Source of the DNA: a virus
Length of the DNA stretch: 64,000 bases
Virus record (IMG/VR): IMGVR_UViG_3300022562_002256
Span: 1-64,000 of that record
Strand: one strand, 5' to 3'
Shown here: positions 47,399 to 57,256 of the stretch, in pieces
Position numbering within the stretch: position 1 is the first letter of the stretch
How the letters are laid out: each line of letters begins with the position of its first letter
Made by a program: the position numbers and the translations under genes
Notes under the pieces: model-generated
Databases searched by the model: none
The model's input: only the letters and a program-made list of their open reading frames with translations
What the model was told of the DNA's origin: nothing

Positions 47399-47664
47399 CC
47401 CCACCTGTCTGCGGCACGCATTATGCATGAGTTCTCGACGTCGGCGTCGGCGACAGCCGACCGACCCGGTAGGCGGTGACCAATCCGCACCGGTCATCCC
47501 ACCCCGGCCTCTCCGGAGGCACCCACGTCCCGCCACCAGGCGGCCCTAACTGAGCCTCCCGCAAGGTCACCTCTCCCCGCCGTGGTGCGGCGAGTGGGCG
47601 ACCACCGGGAGCGACGACGAAGGAGCATGATGTCAGCGCGAAGCGATGTCGCCGCGCTGACCTT

Positions 47665-47747
47665 GGAGGGTTGCCCGAGTGGTCAAAGGGAGCAGATTGT
47701 AAATCTGCCGGCGAAAGCCTTCGGTGGTTCGAGTCCACCACCCCCCA
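47665..47747 (+). tRNA. tRNA-Tyr (GTA), no encoded CCA
   Basis: GCAGA-TTGTAAA-TCTGC anticodon arm, class II variable arm, GGTGG-TTCGAGT-CCACC; A3-C70 mismatch. Confidence 0.92.
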
Positions 47748-47775
47748 CCCAATTTCAATACCAACGGAGCACCAC

Positions 47776-48000
47776 ATGGCTACATCGATCCGATCCCCCC
47801 TTGCACGCGCGCGTCCCCATGCCGCGCGCCTCGCGGTCGTCGACGAGATGCCCGAGGCTGCCGACCTGCCATACCCTAACGACGGCGACTCGCTGGCCGT
47901 TTGGCGAGGCTTTGTCATCAATGCGGCCAACGCCCCGTCGGCGCCGCCGTCGTGGCACCTGACCGCCCTTGCGGCGCTCGTCGGCGAGGTGTCCGCGTGA
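47776..48000 (+). CDS. hypothetical protein
   Basis: GGAG SD. Confidence 0.5.
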   Translation: MATSIRSPLARARPHAARLAVVDEMPEAADLPYPNDGDSLAVWRGFVINAANAPSAPPSWHLTALAALVGEVSA

Positions 48001-48185
48001 AGCGCGTCGAGCAATTGTTGGACGTCATCGGCGATGACCAGCTACCAGCGACGCTGCGGTGGTTAGCCGCGTAGCATGCCCGGCAAGCCATCGCGGCCGA
48101 CGTGGGCCTGGGCGCGCTCGCGGGCCTTATCGCGGATGTCTGCTGACGCTCGCCGCCCTCCAGGCGCCTTGCGGAGTGTCCGCTC

Positions 48186-49349
48186 ATGGCTATGTTGGCG
48201 GCCATGGATTTTAGTCTTGCAGCGAAGGATTTCAGCGCAGCCGTACACCGCTGTACGGCTGCGACCAACAAAACCAGCGCGATGCCGGTGCTCGCAACCG
48301 TGTTGCTCCGGGCGGGCCCCGGTGAAGTCACGGTCACTGGCACCGACCTCTACAACACCGTCGCCGTTCGGGTGGCGGCTGATGTGGCGCGACCGGGGGC
48401 GTACTGCCTCGATGGGGTCGACCTGGCCAAGCGCATCCAAGCGATGCCGGGGGGAGTCGTCCAGATCGTTCAGGCTCCGCCAGCGACCCCGGATACCCCG
48501 CTCGGTCCCGTAAAAATCCAGGCAGTGGGGACACGACGGGCCTTCGTCATGAGTGGGATCCCCGCTCATGACTACCCAAACGTGGAGGCGTCGCTCGACG
48601 CCACCCCACTCGCCTTGCCCGCCGGGGTGCTCACGCGACTGCTACGCCAGGTCATGGCGTCGATTTCGACGGACGAAACCCGAGCACACGTCAACTGCGC
48701 TCGGGTGGAGTTGAAGGGTTCGTCGGCGCGCATGGTGTCAACCGACGGGCATCGTTTGACCCTTGCCACCGCCACCTTGCCCGACAAGGCGCTCCCCTGC
48801 GTCGAGGCGCTGCTCTCGCGCGCGGCGGCTGGCATCCTGCGCAAGCTCTTGGAAGAGGTGAACCCAGCCACGGATGTCAGCCTGCGTTTTGCATCGCCTT
48901 CGCTTGTTGTAAGCGTGGGGAACGTCACATTTACGACAAAGCTCGTAGACGCGGCGTTCCCGCCATATCAGCAGGTCGTTCCCGCCCCGCGCGACGTGTC
49001 GTACCGGGTTGCGCGCCTTCCCCTCCTGGACATGGTGAAGGCTGTCGCGATTGCGAGCGACACCCACGGGATTCGACTGACGTTTGGTCAGGACAATATC
49101 CTCGCGGAGGGGAACAATGCCGAGCTTGGAAGCGGATCCGACGAGATCGGATGTGTGGCCGGTCCTGGCGCGGTTCCACCGGCATTTGTAGCTGCCTTCA
49201 ACTCGAGTTACCTCCGGGACGCGCTGAGCGTCACCGACGTGGACGAGGTGGCTCTGACGATCGACGGGGAGCTCTCCCCGCTGGTCATCAAACCAGTCGG
49301 AGCCGACGAGCCGTCTTACCTGGCAGTCGTGATGCCCATGCGGGTCTGA
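48186..49349 (+). CDS. dnaN: DNA polymerase III sliding clamp (beta subunit)
   Basis: MPVLATVLL..VTGTDL, STDETRAHVNC, VSTDGHRL, FPPYQQVVP, AFNSSYLRDAL, YLAVVMPMR. Confidence 0.95.
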   Translation: MAMLAAMDFSLAAKDFSAAVHRCTAATNKTSAMPVLATVLLRAGPGEVTVTGTDLYNTVAVRVAADVARPGAYCLDGVDLAKRIQAMPGGVVQIVQAPPATPDTPLGPVKIQAVGTRRAFVMSGIPAHDYPNVEASLDATPLALPAGVLTRLLRQVMASISTDETRAHVNCARVELKGSSARMVSTDGHRLTLATATLPDKALPCVEALLSRAAAGILRKLLEEVNPATDVSLRFASPSLVVSVGNVTFTTKLVDAAFPPYQQVVPAPRDVSYRVARLPLLDMVKAVAIASDTHGIRLTFGQDNILAEGNNAELGSGSDEIGCVAGPGAVPPAFVAAFNSSYLRDALSVTDVDEVALTIDGELSPLVIKPVGADEPSYLAVVMPMRV

Positions 49350-49350
49350 C

Positions 49351-49548
49351 CTACTGCGCGGCACACTTGTGGGGATTGCCGTGATTGGCGGGGAGGCACT
49401 CGCCACACTCCTGGCAGAAAGCGTCGTCTCCGTAGCAAGCGGGGCAGACGAGCTTGGCGTCCTCGATCCGGTGGATTGGCCACCCCTTGCGGATCTCGCA
49501 AGGGGTGAGCACCGCGTGGCATACCTGGCAGTCGATGGTGGTGGTCAT
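49351..49548 (-). CDS. small zinc-finger protein
   Basis: CQVC, CPAC, CQECGEC. Confidence 0.55.
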   Translation of the reverse strand: MTTTIDCQVCHAVLTPCEIRKGWPIHRIEDAKLVCPACYGDDAFCQECGECLPANHGNPHKCAAQ

Positions 49549-49732
49549 GGGTGGTTTCATTCGTCGGTGGTTTCGTCCGCCAGATCCATGGCCAATTCGT
49601 AGTAGTGCAGGAGTTCCAGGTCGCGGTGCATTTCGTCGGTGGTGGTGTAGGTTCCGTAATCGCAGGTGGTGGTATCCATATGGGTGCCTCGTCGGTGGAT
49701 TGGTGGTTGCCGTCGTTACGCCCATAGACACT

Positions 49733-50079
49733 TGCACGCACCGTGCCAACAGGCAACGCGGGGTCGCCATGCCCACAAACCAGCGGCGATCTGGCGGAGT
49801 TGGCACTCCGCCCCGAACTTCGCGCGCTTGGATGACGACACATGGCGCGCACTTCTTGCGTTTAGCCGGCAGAATTTACCGGCACCTGATGGCAGCCACT
49901 TGAGTGCTACATCGTGAGCGCCACCGTAAGCGGATTCACCAACCTGCCAAAATCGACGCGCAAACGGTGCGTGTTGGGATCATAGTCCAGAATCGGCGGA
50001 GCGCCCGGCTGGACTCAGCCCCCGAAACCACGACGGTTTCGATATGGCGACGTAGAGCACCGTTGGCACGGTGCGTGCA
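49733..50079. repeat. intergenic cassette A, copy 3 (49847-50079), between divergent sigma54 motifs
   Basis: TGGCACGGTGCGTGCA at 49733-49748 (-) and 50064-50079 (+). Confidence 0.85.
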
Positions 50080-50107
50080 AGTGCCGTCTGGCATTAGGAG
50101 GCTGAAC

Positions 50108-50539
50108 ATGCACGAGTGTGTAAAGGACGGCGAGTACATCCTGGGCGTGGAGGAGACGATGCCGCCTGGGCCTTACGACCTTGAGCCTCGGTGGGTGGAG
50201 TCGGAGACCACGCTCGGCCTCAGCGTGGGCACGGTCTGGGCCCCGAACGCCATCACGCCAACAAATGTCAAGGAGCATGTCATCGTGGCGTGGTCGGACG
50301 ACTCACTCGTCCTTCTCCGGCGCAAACAAGACGACGGTCGTCCGCCGTGGCTCCTCTCTCGACGGTTGTTCCTGGAGAAATACGTGGCTGTCGATGTCAC
50401 GTGGCTGCCGTTTGACGGCGATGGCTCCTGCCGTGACTGGTGCCTCGGCTGGGACGGAGCAAGCAGCCGCTGTGACTGCGGCAATCGCCGACTGCACTGG
50501 GAGACAAACGACGGCGTGCCAACCCCCACGGTGTGGTGA
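50108..50539 (+). CDS. hypothetical protein with C-terminal Cys domain
   Basis: AGGAGG SD; CLGWDGASSRCDCGNRRLHW. Confidence 0.6.
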   Translation: MHECVKDGEYILGVEETMPPGPYDLEPRWVESETTLGLSVGTVWAPNAITPTNVKEHVIVAWSDDSLVLLRRKQDDGRPPWLLSRRLFLEKYVAVDVTWLPFDGDGSCRDWCLGWDGASSRCDCGNRRLHWETNDGVPTPTVW

Positions 50540-50634
50540 CTCCGGCGGTGCCGAGGACTTCGATGAATGGATGATAGTCCAGGATCGGCGTACCGACCGC
50601 GCCGCTGGCACAGCACGTGCATCAACTTCTAGAC

Positions 50635-50811
50635 ATGAAGAAGTCGCCAAGCACTAAGAAACCATTGCCCGACTACGGTCCTGTCAACCCGCCGATGCGC
50701 GTTTGGTTGCGCATCGTCAATGGGCATGTTGTCGAAACGTTTTTTTCCTCGCAGGCCGCAAACGCCTCTGAGGACCAAGATCACATCCACGCCTACGTAC
50801 TCGAGGAGTGA
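50635..50811 (+). CDS. hypothetical protein
   Basis: sigma54 motif 50606-50621 is 15 nt from ATG; partial cassette A upstream. Confidence 0.5.
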   Translation: MKKSPSTKKPLPDYGPVNPPMRVWLRIVNGHVVETFFSSQAANASEDQDHIHAYVLEE

Positions 50812-51064
50812 TCGGCGTCGGCTGGCATCGAGTTGGTCTCAAGTGGACGTTGATGCATCGGCACCCAAGAACCCCACGGTGGGGGGTGAGGGATGGTGTG
50901 TGGTCATCCCTCATACCGGGTCGTCTCCCAGCCAGGTTGTCGCGGCACCGCTGGGGGTTCCTCCCCTTGCTCCCATCGACGGAAGACCTCGTCCATCTCG
51001 TCATCGGTTGGGTTATCACCGAGCCAAGCGAGCCATCGGTTCAGACGGGCAGCGGCATCGTTGC

Positions 51065-54000
51065 TCATGCCGGCACCATAACCACGGCGTCGACCATGGC
51101 TAGGGTCGGCGGGCTGTCCGGCGGCACAAGGAGCACCGTGCCGAGCCCCAACTCCCTAACCGCGGCGCGCAGCATGCTGAACCACGCCTCAACGCATGGC
51201 CCCCGCAGCGGGCCTGATGTCTCGTCAAAGGCGAGGGTCGCCCCCGGCACCGCGCCCCACCGTTCGATCACTACTCCCGCTGTCGCCAGCGCGAGCGCGG
51301 TGCTCAGTAGCGCTCGCTCGCCTTTGGAGCACGCTCGCACCTCTCGTTCGCGTTGGTCCGGATGGCTGATCGCGATCCACCGCGCCTGCTCAATCGAGCG
51401 CTTACCCCGTGCGGCCGTCCGTGTTCCACGGTACTCGATCGACCACCCCGCACCATCGGCTGCGCGTAACAAGTCGGTTGCGATCTCGGCGATCTCCTCC
51501 CCGGCCAACTCCATCTCGAGCGCCTGGACCCCGTCACGGCCGAGTGCTTGCGCCAGCTCGCCCGCGTCCTCGGCCCGCCGCTCCAGTTCTTCGGTGGCCT
51601 CACGGACTCGGGCAGCCCTCGCTGCGGCATCCCGCTCCCGGGCGAGGCGGTCTACCGCAAGCGCAAGCCGTGTCGCGGCGACGGAGGCGCCCCGCGCCGC
51701 GTGTTCTACGTCAGCTTGGCCCACCGGGGCCGGCTCGTCACCAAAAGCCTGTAGCACGGCCGAAGCGTCGGTGTGTCGGGCTGTCGCGTCGGCGAGTTGG
51801 TCGTCGAGGAGGGCCACGCGCTCAGCCGCTCGGATGGCCTGGGTCGAGCGGGTCTGGGCGGCGACCAGCGCGCGATGACGTGCTTCCAGCGAATGCCGTT
51901 CCGTCGCCACCTCGTCGATGCTCCTCAATGCCGCTGCGCGCGCGGCCCTGAGCGGGGCGAGTTCGTTCGCGATGGTGACAAGACGCGCGGCGATCCCGCC
52001 GCGCGTTCTCTCAGCGGTGGCGATGGCAGCGTCGATGTCGGCCACCAGGCGAGTCGGTGCACGTGCGAGTCGTTCCCGTGCTGCGGCAAGTCGCGCAGCG
52101 GCGCTGGCAGCGCGTGATGTCAGGTCCACGATGTTCGGATGGGTGTAGGCATCATCGGCGGCGATGGCACGGCGAGAGCGTCGCCTCACCTCGGCCACGC
52201 TGCTCGATGCCACGTCGGGAGATGCCGCGACAATCGCTGAGGCGGCGATCCGGCCGATGTCGGTGAGCGCGGTGCGCAAGGGGGTCACGCGCCCGGTCTG
52301 AGCGACGTGCGTGGCTGCTTCCAGCGCGGCGGCGGCGGCTCTCTCGGATGCCTCCAACTCCGGGAGGCTCTCCCGCAGCCTCTCGGCACCCTCGGCCTGG
52401 GTTCGCTCCGCACGCAAAGCGTCGAGGCGGTGGTCGATGTCTGCAAGCGCGCGGGCTGCCTCGTGTTCGGCGTCGCGACTGGAGCGAATCGCCTCGTCGG
52501 CTGTGCTGACGTCAGCTCGCAAAACGCTCTCCCGCTGGCGCAGCACATCGAGCGCTTCAACCACCTCCTCGATGTGTTCGGGGGGGGGCGCTGCGCAATC
52601 GGCCGCTTGTCTTGCCGCCGCGAGCTCGGTGGTCAGCCGTTCGACTCGCACTGCCGCCGCGTCGGCGGTGGTGCAAAGCGCGCGCCACTGAGTCCACCGC
52701 GCCGCGTCGACGCGGGCTTGAGCGGCGGCGCAGTCGGCGGTGTGGCTTGCGGCCGTCGCATCGACAACCGCTCGTTCGGCACCCGTAACGTCGACGGGAC
52801 CGATCGCTGTGCTCTCTGTGCGCTTAGCGGCGACATCCTTGTCGATCGCGGCCCGCGCCGCCCGTGCCGCCGCTGCCCATGCTTCATAGTTCCCGGCGCC
52901 CAGGATGCCCAATAACGCGGCTTTCAGCCCCGAGTCGTACAGCGTGCCGATCCCATCGCTCCCGTCCCATAGAAAGGCGAACGCGAGCAACAGCACCGGG
53001 TCGGGCAGGTGCTGGCGCGCCCACTCACGGAACGCCTGGCGCCCGCCGACGAACGTGGCGGCGTCCTCGCCCAACGGGCAAACACGCACGGTGCCACCGC
53101 CATCGGTCATTTCGTGATGGATTGTCCATGCCCCTGTGGCGGTGACAACCTCCACCTCGAGATACGGGTTGGGGCCGGTGACCATCCTGTCGAACGCGCC
53201 GTGTGTGGGGCTTTCCTCTCGCAGCGCCGCGAGCATGAGACCGAGCAGCGTGCTCTTCCCCGCCCCGTTCCCGCCCGCGAGTGCCACGATCGGCGGCATA
53301 TCGCGCACCAGATACTCGGCCTCGCCGACGAAAGGGCCGAGCCCCCGACACGCTACACGCTCGAATCGCACCAGTCCCCCAGCGTCTTCCGGGGATGTCG
53401 CCACCATCTCATCGAGCATGGCGAGCACCCGCTCCCGACGTGCCGGCCGTCGACCAATGGCTGTCCAATAGGCGTCGAGCCTATCGTGGACGGACGGAAC
53501 CTTGTCGATGCCCGCCGCACGCGCACGGGTGACCCGTTGGGGCACAGGTTCAAGTTTGACCGCGACCGCCCCCGCGGCGAGGATGTCGTCTCGCGCCGAC
53601 TCGGCGGCGGCCACGATGCACGCGCGGTTGGCGTCGGTGGTGGTGTAACGAAGCCGCACGTCCGCACCTCGACACGACGCCAGCGTCGGTGTCGCGTCGC
53701 CTGCAGCGTGCTCTCGCCCGTAGGACAACACCAGACCCGCCCCGGCTACCCAGTTGCCAACAAGCAGAACCAGCGGCGTGGCGGGGGCGATGCGCCGCTC
53801 GAACGATACACGACGCCCGTCGACGTGAACAAGTACATAGCCCTTTGGCCCCAGCTCGCCGTATGTCGTGGCATACGGCGCCCCCGGGTAGCAGGCTGGC
53901 CGCCCCCCGATGAGCCAATCCTGCGCCGCGTGGACGTGGCCGAGTAGGTAAGCGTCGGCCGCCGCGCGAGCCAGGTCGTCGTTTGTCACGTCGAGGTCGC

Positions 54001-54559
54001 CCCGCCCTTGCGCCGGCTGGTCGTTCGACAGCCGTGCCCCGGCGACCATGGCATGCCCCACCAAGATGCGCGCGGCGTCAGTGCCAACGATGGCTGCCCC
54101 CAAGTCGTCCAGGATCGCGCGCATCTCTTCGCGAAGCGCAGCCGTTGTCGGTGTGCCCCCCCGCGCCTGGACGCGTCGGAGCAAGTCTGCACGCCGGAGA
54201 TGAGGCAGACAGGCAAGGCGCACGCCGGCCACGTCTATCACTCCGGGCTGCTCTACCACCGTAACGGGGTGCGCCGTGCCGAAGGAGTCGAGGATCGCCA
54301 GGTCTCGTTCGACGTCGTGATTGCCCGCGACCACGACGAGCGGGGCTGTGCGGGTGGCTTCTCTGCAAAACCACCGCGCCACGAGCCGCTCGTCGGGGCG
54401 CGAACCGGAGTGATACACGTCCCCCGCGACTACGGTGGCGGCGACGTTCGCTCGCGCGGCGTCATCAAGGATCCACTCCAAGATGCGTTGGCACTCGGAC
54501 AGCCGACCACCAGGCCGCGCCGAGATGTGAATGTCCGCGAGCGCGGCGATGGTCGTCAT
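51065..54559 (-). CDS. fused SbcD (Mre11) nuclease - SbcC (Rad50) ATPase
   Basis: DIH, GD, GNHD, GHVH phosphoesterase motifs; GGNGAGKST Walker A; coiled coil; CSKGE signature; FDE Walker B. Confidence 0.92.
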   Translation of the reverse strand: MTTIAALADIHISARPGGRLSECQRILEWILDDAARANVAATVVAGDVYHSGSRPDERLVARWFCREATRTAPLVVVAGNHDVERDLAILDSFGTAHPVTVVEQPGVIDVAGVRLACLPHLRRADLLRRVQARGGTPTTAALREEMRAILDDLGAAIVGTDAARILVGHAMVAGARLSNDQPAQGRGDLDVTNDDLARAAADAYLLGHVHAAQDWLIGGRPACYPGAPYATTYGELGPKGYVLVHVDGRRVSFERRIAPATPLVLLVGNWVAGAGLVLSYGREHAAGDATPTLASCRGADVRLRYTTTDANRACIVAAAESARDDILAAGAVAVKLEPVPQRVTRARAAGIDKVPSVHDRLDAYWTAIGRRPARRERVLAMLDEMVATSPEDAGGLVRFERVACRGLGPFVGEAEYLVRDMPPIVALAGGNGAGKSTLLGLMLAALREESPTHGAFDRMVTGPNPYLEVEVVTATGAWTIHHEMTDGGGTVRVCPLGEDAATFVGGRQAFREWARQHLPDPVLLLAFAFLWDGSDGIGTLYDSGLKAALLGILGAGNYEAWAAAARAARAAIDKDVAAKRTESTAIGPVDVTGAERAVVDATAASHTADCAAAQARVDAARWTQWRALCTTADAAAVRVERLTTELAAARQAADCAAPPPEHIEEVVEALDVLRQRESVLRADVSTADEAIRSSRDAEHEAARALADIDHRLDALRAERTQAEGAERLRESLPELEASERAAAAALEAATHVAQTGRVTPLRTALTDIGRIAASAIVAASPDVASSSVAEVRRRSRRAIAADDAYTHPNIVDLTSRAASAAARLAAARERLARAPTRLVADIDAAIATAERTRGGIAARLVTIANELAPLRAARAAALRSIDEVATERHSLEARHRALVAAQTRSTQAIRAAERVALLDDQLADATARHTDASAVLQAFGDEPAPVGQADVEHAARGASVAATRLALAVDRLARERDAAARAARVREATEELERRAEDAGELAQALGRDGVQALEMELAGEEIAEIATDLLRAADGAGWSIEYRGTRTAARGKRSIEQARWIAISHPDQREREVRACSKGERALLSTALALATAGVVIERWGAVPGATLAFDETSGPLRGPCVEAWFSMLRAAVRELGLGTVLLVPPDSPPTLAMVDAVVMVPA

Positions 54560-54617
54560 GAGCGCGTCACGGCCGCAATGTATGACCGAGTTTGGCTGAG
54601 GTCAACGCGACCGTCCG

Positions 54618-55742
54618 CTACGCCGCAGGCGGCGGGGGCCGATCGGAGCCCGGCACCTGCGGCGGCGCCCCGTCCGTCAACCGCGGATCAACGGGGGCTG
54701 TGACGCCTGCCTTTTCGCACTCCTCGGCGAACCGGGCGTTGAATGTGGCGCCGAGAGACACCATGCGCTCAGGGCTCACGCCAAATTTCTTGAATGCCGC
54801 GAAGAGCCCCTTCTTGGCTGACGCGAGGGCGGCGAACCGTTTCTCGTTCGAGTCTGACATAACTTGTGGCTCCGACGCCTTCTGGATGGCCGCAGCCAGC
54901 GCCTCGCCCACCGTCCGAGGCTCGGCCGGCGTTGGCGCGTCACTAAGCCAGTCAGCGATGATTTGAGCGAAATCATCTCCTGGATTCATAAACACGTCCC
55001 CGGGGGGGAGCAAGTCACACCGCGTCTTGGCAACAATGAGCCGCACCTCGGTTCGCGGCTTCCGCCCGGCCGTTTTCGCGGCAGTGACGTCCGAGACGAT
55101 TGGGACCTGCACCAATTCGCAGAAGAGGTCGGGCTCGTACTCGATGCCCTTCCGTGCGACCGGTCCCAGTCCAACCTTGGTGGGCTCGAGCTTACCCTTA
55201 TCGGTTTGGCTAATTACGTAGTCCATCTCCGATCGAAGGGTGCCTATGATATGGCACGGGCTCTCCAGAATACGCTGGACAAAGCGTGTGTGCGCCGGGG
55301 ACATCTTCCGCCAACCGGTCGAAAAGGCGTTCTTTGACGTGGACCCCTCGGTGATCCTGTCCACCGACTCGAGAACCCCGCCGATGCCAGCCCACACAGG
55401 GCTGAACGAGTCAACAACGATGACGCCGGCCCGCTGCGCTTCGCAGAAGTCGAGGGCCGCTGTATATGCCTCGATTGACTGGTCGTCTGCTGGCATGGGG
55501 ACGTGTTTGAATTGGAACCCGGTGCCCCGGCGAGGAGAGTACGCGTACTTCAGCAGCGACTTGTTCTCCACGTCGACTGCGTACACCGGCCCGAGATTCA
55601 GCGTCCGTACGAGGAACGTCGCGACCGAGAGGGCGGTGTAGCTCTTGCCACTTCCCGCAGGGCCAGCCAGAAATAGGCGCAGGAGAATGCCCTCCCGCGT
55701 TGCATCACGTGCTTGAAACTGGTACTTTTGACTGGTTTGCAT
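54618..55742 (-). CDS. AAA_24 / Sak4-like phage recombination ATPase
   Basis: GPAGSGKS...VVDSFS.VW.G.GGVLE...GW...HIIGTLR...VG..P..RKGIEYE. Confidence 0.85.
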   Translation of the reverse strand: MQTSQKYQFQARDATREGILLRLFLAGPAGSGKSYTALSVATFLVRTLNLGPVYAVDVENKSLLKYAYSPRRGTGFQFKHVPMPADDQSIEAYTAALDFCEAQRAGVIVVDSFSPVWAGIGGVLESVDRITEGSTSKNAFSTGWRKMSPAHTRFVQRILESPCHIIGTLRSEMDYVISQTDKGKLEPTKVGLGPVARKGIEYEPDLFCELVQVPIVSDVTAAKTAGRKPRTEVRLIVAKTRCDLLPPGDVFMNPGDDFAQIIADWLSDAPTPAEPRTVGEALAAAIQKASEPQVMSDSNEKRFAALASAKKGLFAAFKKFGVSPERMVSLGATFNARFAEECEKAGVTAPVDPRLTDGAPPQVPGSDRPPPPAA

Positions 55743-55783
55743 GCCAGAAGCATAACCACTGCATTCATGCATGCAACAGACCG

Positions 55784-56251
55784 TCACCGGCTCACACGGT
55801 CGCCGCGGCACCGCTTCCGCGAGCGCGGACCGCTGCTGCCGGGCCCGTCACCGGCGAGATGCACGCGGATGGAGTCGCCCCCGGTCGTAAACGTGCCATC
55901 CGCGGCCGGTCGCAGCCGAGCGGGCATGAGCACCACCACGCCCCCAGAAACGTCGAGGCGGCGCTCCCCCGCGTCCGGAAGCACATCAAGAAGCGCTGCC
56001 CGCAGCGCTGCCGACCGCTGACTATCCGTGGCGATGCGTCGCTCTACCTCAACCAGCTCGGCGGCGAGTGCAGTGGCCCGCGCGCGTAGCTCACCCGGCG
56101 TAGCCGGCCACCCGTCGTCGATGATGGCAGTGTCGGGCCCACCCGTCGCCCCGAGCGAGAAGGGCCCCGACCGCATGGTGTCCGGAGCGTCCGCGGCGCC
56201 CTCCGGCGTTGTGTCTGGGCACAGATCGTCGACCAAAAGTGAGGTGCTCAT
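55784..56251 (-). CDS. hypothetical protein (Gp157/Gam-like coiled coil possible)
   Basis: Upstream of Sak4; sigma54-like motif 14 nt from ATG. Confidence 0.45.
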   Translation of the reverse strand: MSTSLLVDDLCPDTTPEGAADAPDTMRSGPFSLGATGGPDTAIIDDGWPATPGELRARATALAAELVEVERRIATDSQRSAALRAALLDVLPDAGERRLDVSGGVVVLMPARLRPAADGTFTTGGDSIRVHLAGDGPGSSGPRSRKRCRGDRVSR

Positions 56252-56263
56252 GCCGCGCGACCA

Positions 56264-56364
56264 TGCACCATCCGTGCCGCTCTGGTGGTGACGCCACCGC
56301 CGCTAGCACGCGACCGCGAAAAATCAACTGGATCGACGGTGCACCATGTGGCACACTGCGTGCA
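56264..56364. promoter_or_regulatory. divergent sigma54-type promoters
   Basis: CGGCACGGATGGTGCA (-) and TGGCACACTGCGTGCA (+), each 14 nt from an ATG. Confidence 0.7.
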
Positions 56365-56376
56365 TGAGGTTGAGCC

Positions 56377-56772
56377 ATGGAACCGAACGTCGCCACCACG
56401 GCCCCCGCACGAAGGGGCCGCCCCCGTAAGCCCGCCCCGCCCCCTCCGGACCCCGCTCGGCTCGAAGCCGCTCTCGAGATCGCCAGAAGCCTCGAGCCCG
56501 GGTCACTGGTGTTTGTCGAGTATGTCGCTGCGTCAGCGGCGCACCCCAGCCCCGCCGCGCTGCGGTCGGTTGCGGCTGGATTCCCCCAGAGTTACTACGT
56601 CGGGACATACCTCGGGTACCACCTAACGGCCGCCGGGCACGTTGTCCTGCGGCTGGAGGTCATCAACCGAGGGGGCGAGCGCCGCGCCATCAACCCGCTC
56701 AAGGGCGACTTGCGCGCGGTCCGGGTCATACACCCCGCCCCGCCCCCCGACGCTATGCCCATTGCGTCGTGA
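56377..56772 (+). CDS. hypothetical protein with AT-hook-like motif
   Basis: RRGRPRKP. Confidence 0.55.
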   Translation: MEPNVATTAPARRGRPRKPAPPPPDPARLEAALEIARSLEPGSLVFVEYVAASAAHPSPAALRSVAAGFPQSYYVGTYLGYHLTAAGHVVLRLEVINRGGERRAINPLKGDLRAVRVIHPAPPPDAMPIAS

Positions 56773-57021
56773 TGCCCGCCCGCTGGTACATCCCTGGGTC
56801 TGCGATTGCTGCGGCAGTCCGACGAGTGGCACCGGGTAAGCGGCCTCCGCTCGCCCTCCTTGCCCCGCTGGAGCGGCTTTGTCTGCGTGCCGCGGGGAGA
56901 CTGCCTCACGTTCCCATGGAATCTGCCAGGACCCCCGGCCGTGCGAGCGCGGGGTACAAGAAGGCGCTCGTGAAAGCCATCAGGCGTGCGTGCTGTGCCC
57001 CCGACTTACGGAGGTGGTAAG

Positions 57022-57249
57022 ATGGACAGGTTGCCTCGCGGCGAGTTCGTGCAAACGTGGTTTGACGGAGGTCGAGACGGATCCGGGTTCACATTCGGCG
57101 TCATCGAGGCCAGCGGGCCCACGGCGTTCGTGGTCAGATGGGAAAGCGGTAACCGACACCGCCGCAAACACGGGCATCCCGACATCCACCGCATCACCGA
57201 TCCAGAGTTGCGCCTCGAGGCGGCGCGCACACTGAAACGAACGACCTAG
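57022..57249 (+). CDS. hypothetical protein
   Basis: GGAGGT SD. Confidence 0.55.
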   Translation: MDRLPRGEFVQTWFDGGRDGSGFTFGVIEASGPTAFVVRWESGNRHRRKHGHPDIHRITDPELRLEAARTLKRTT

Positions 57250-57256
57250 ACCCAAA

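Noticed and set aside
47020-47660. tmRNA or RNase P RNA
   Set aside because: No tRNA-like domain closing the region and no tag reading frame; CCCGGCTTAC on the minus strand lacks the GAGGAAAGTCC partner
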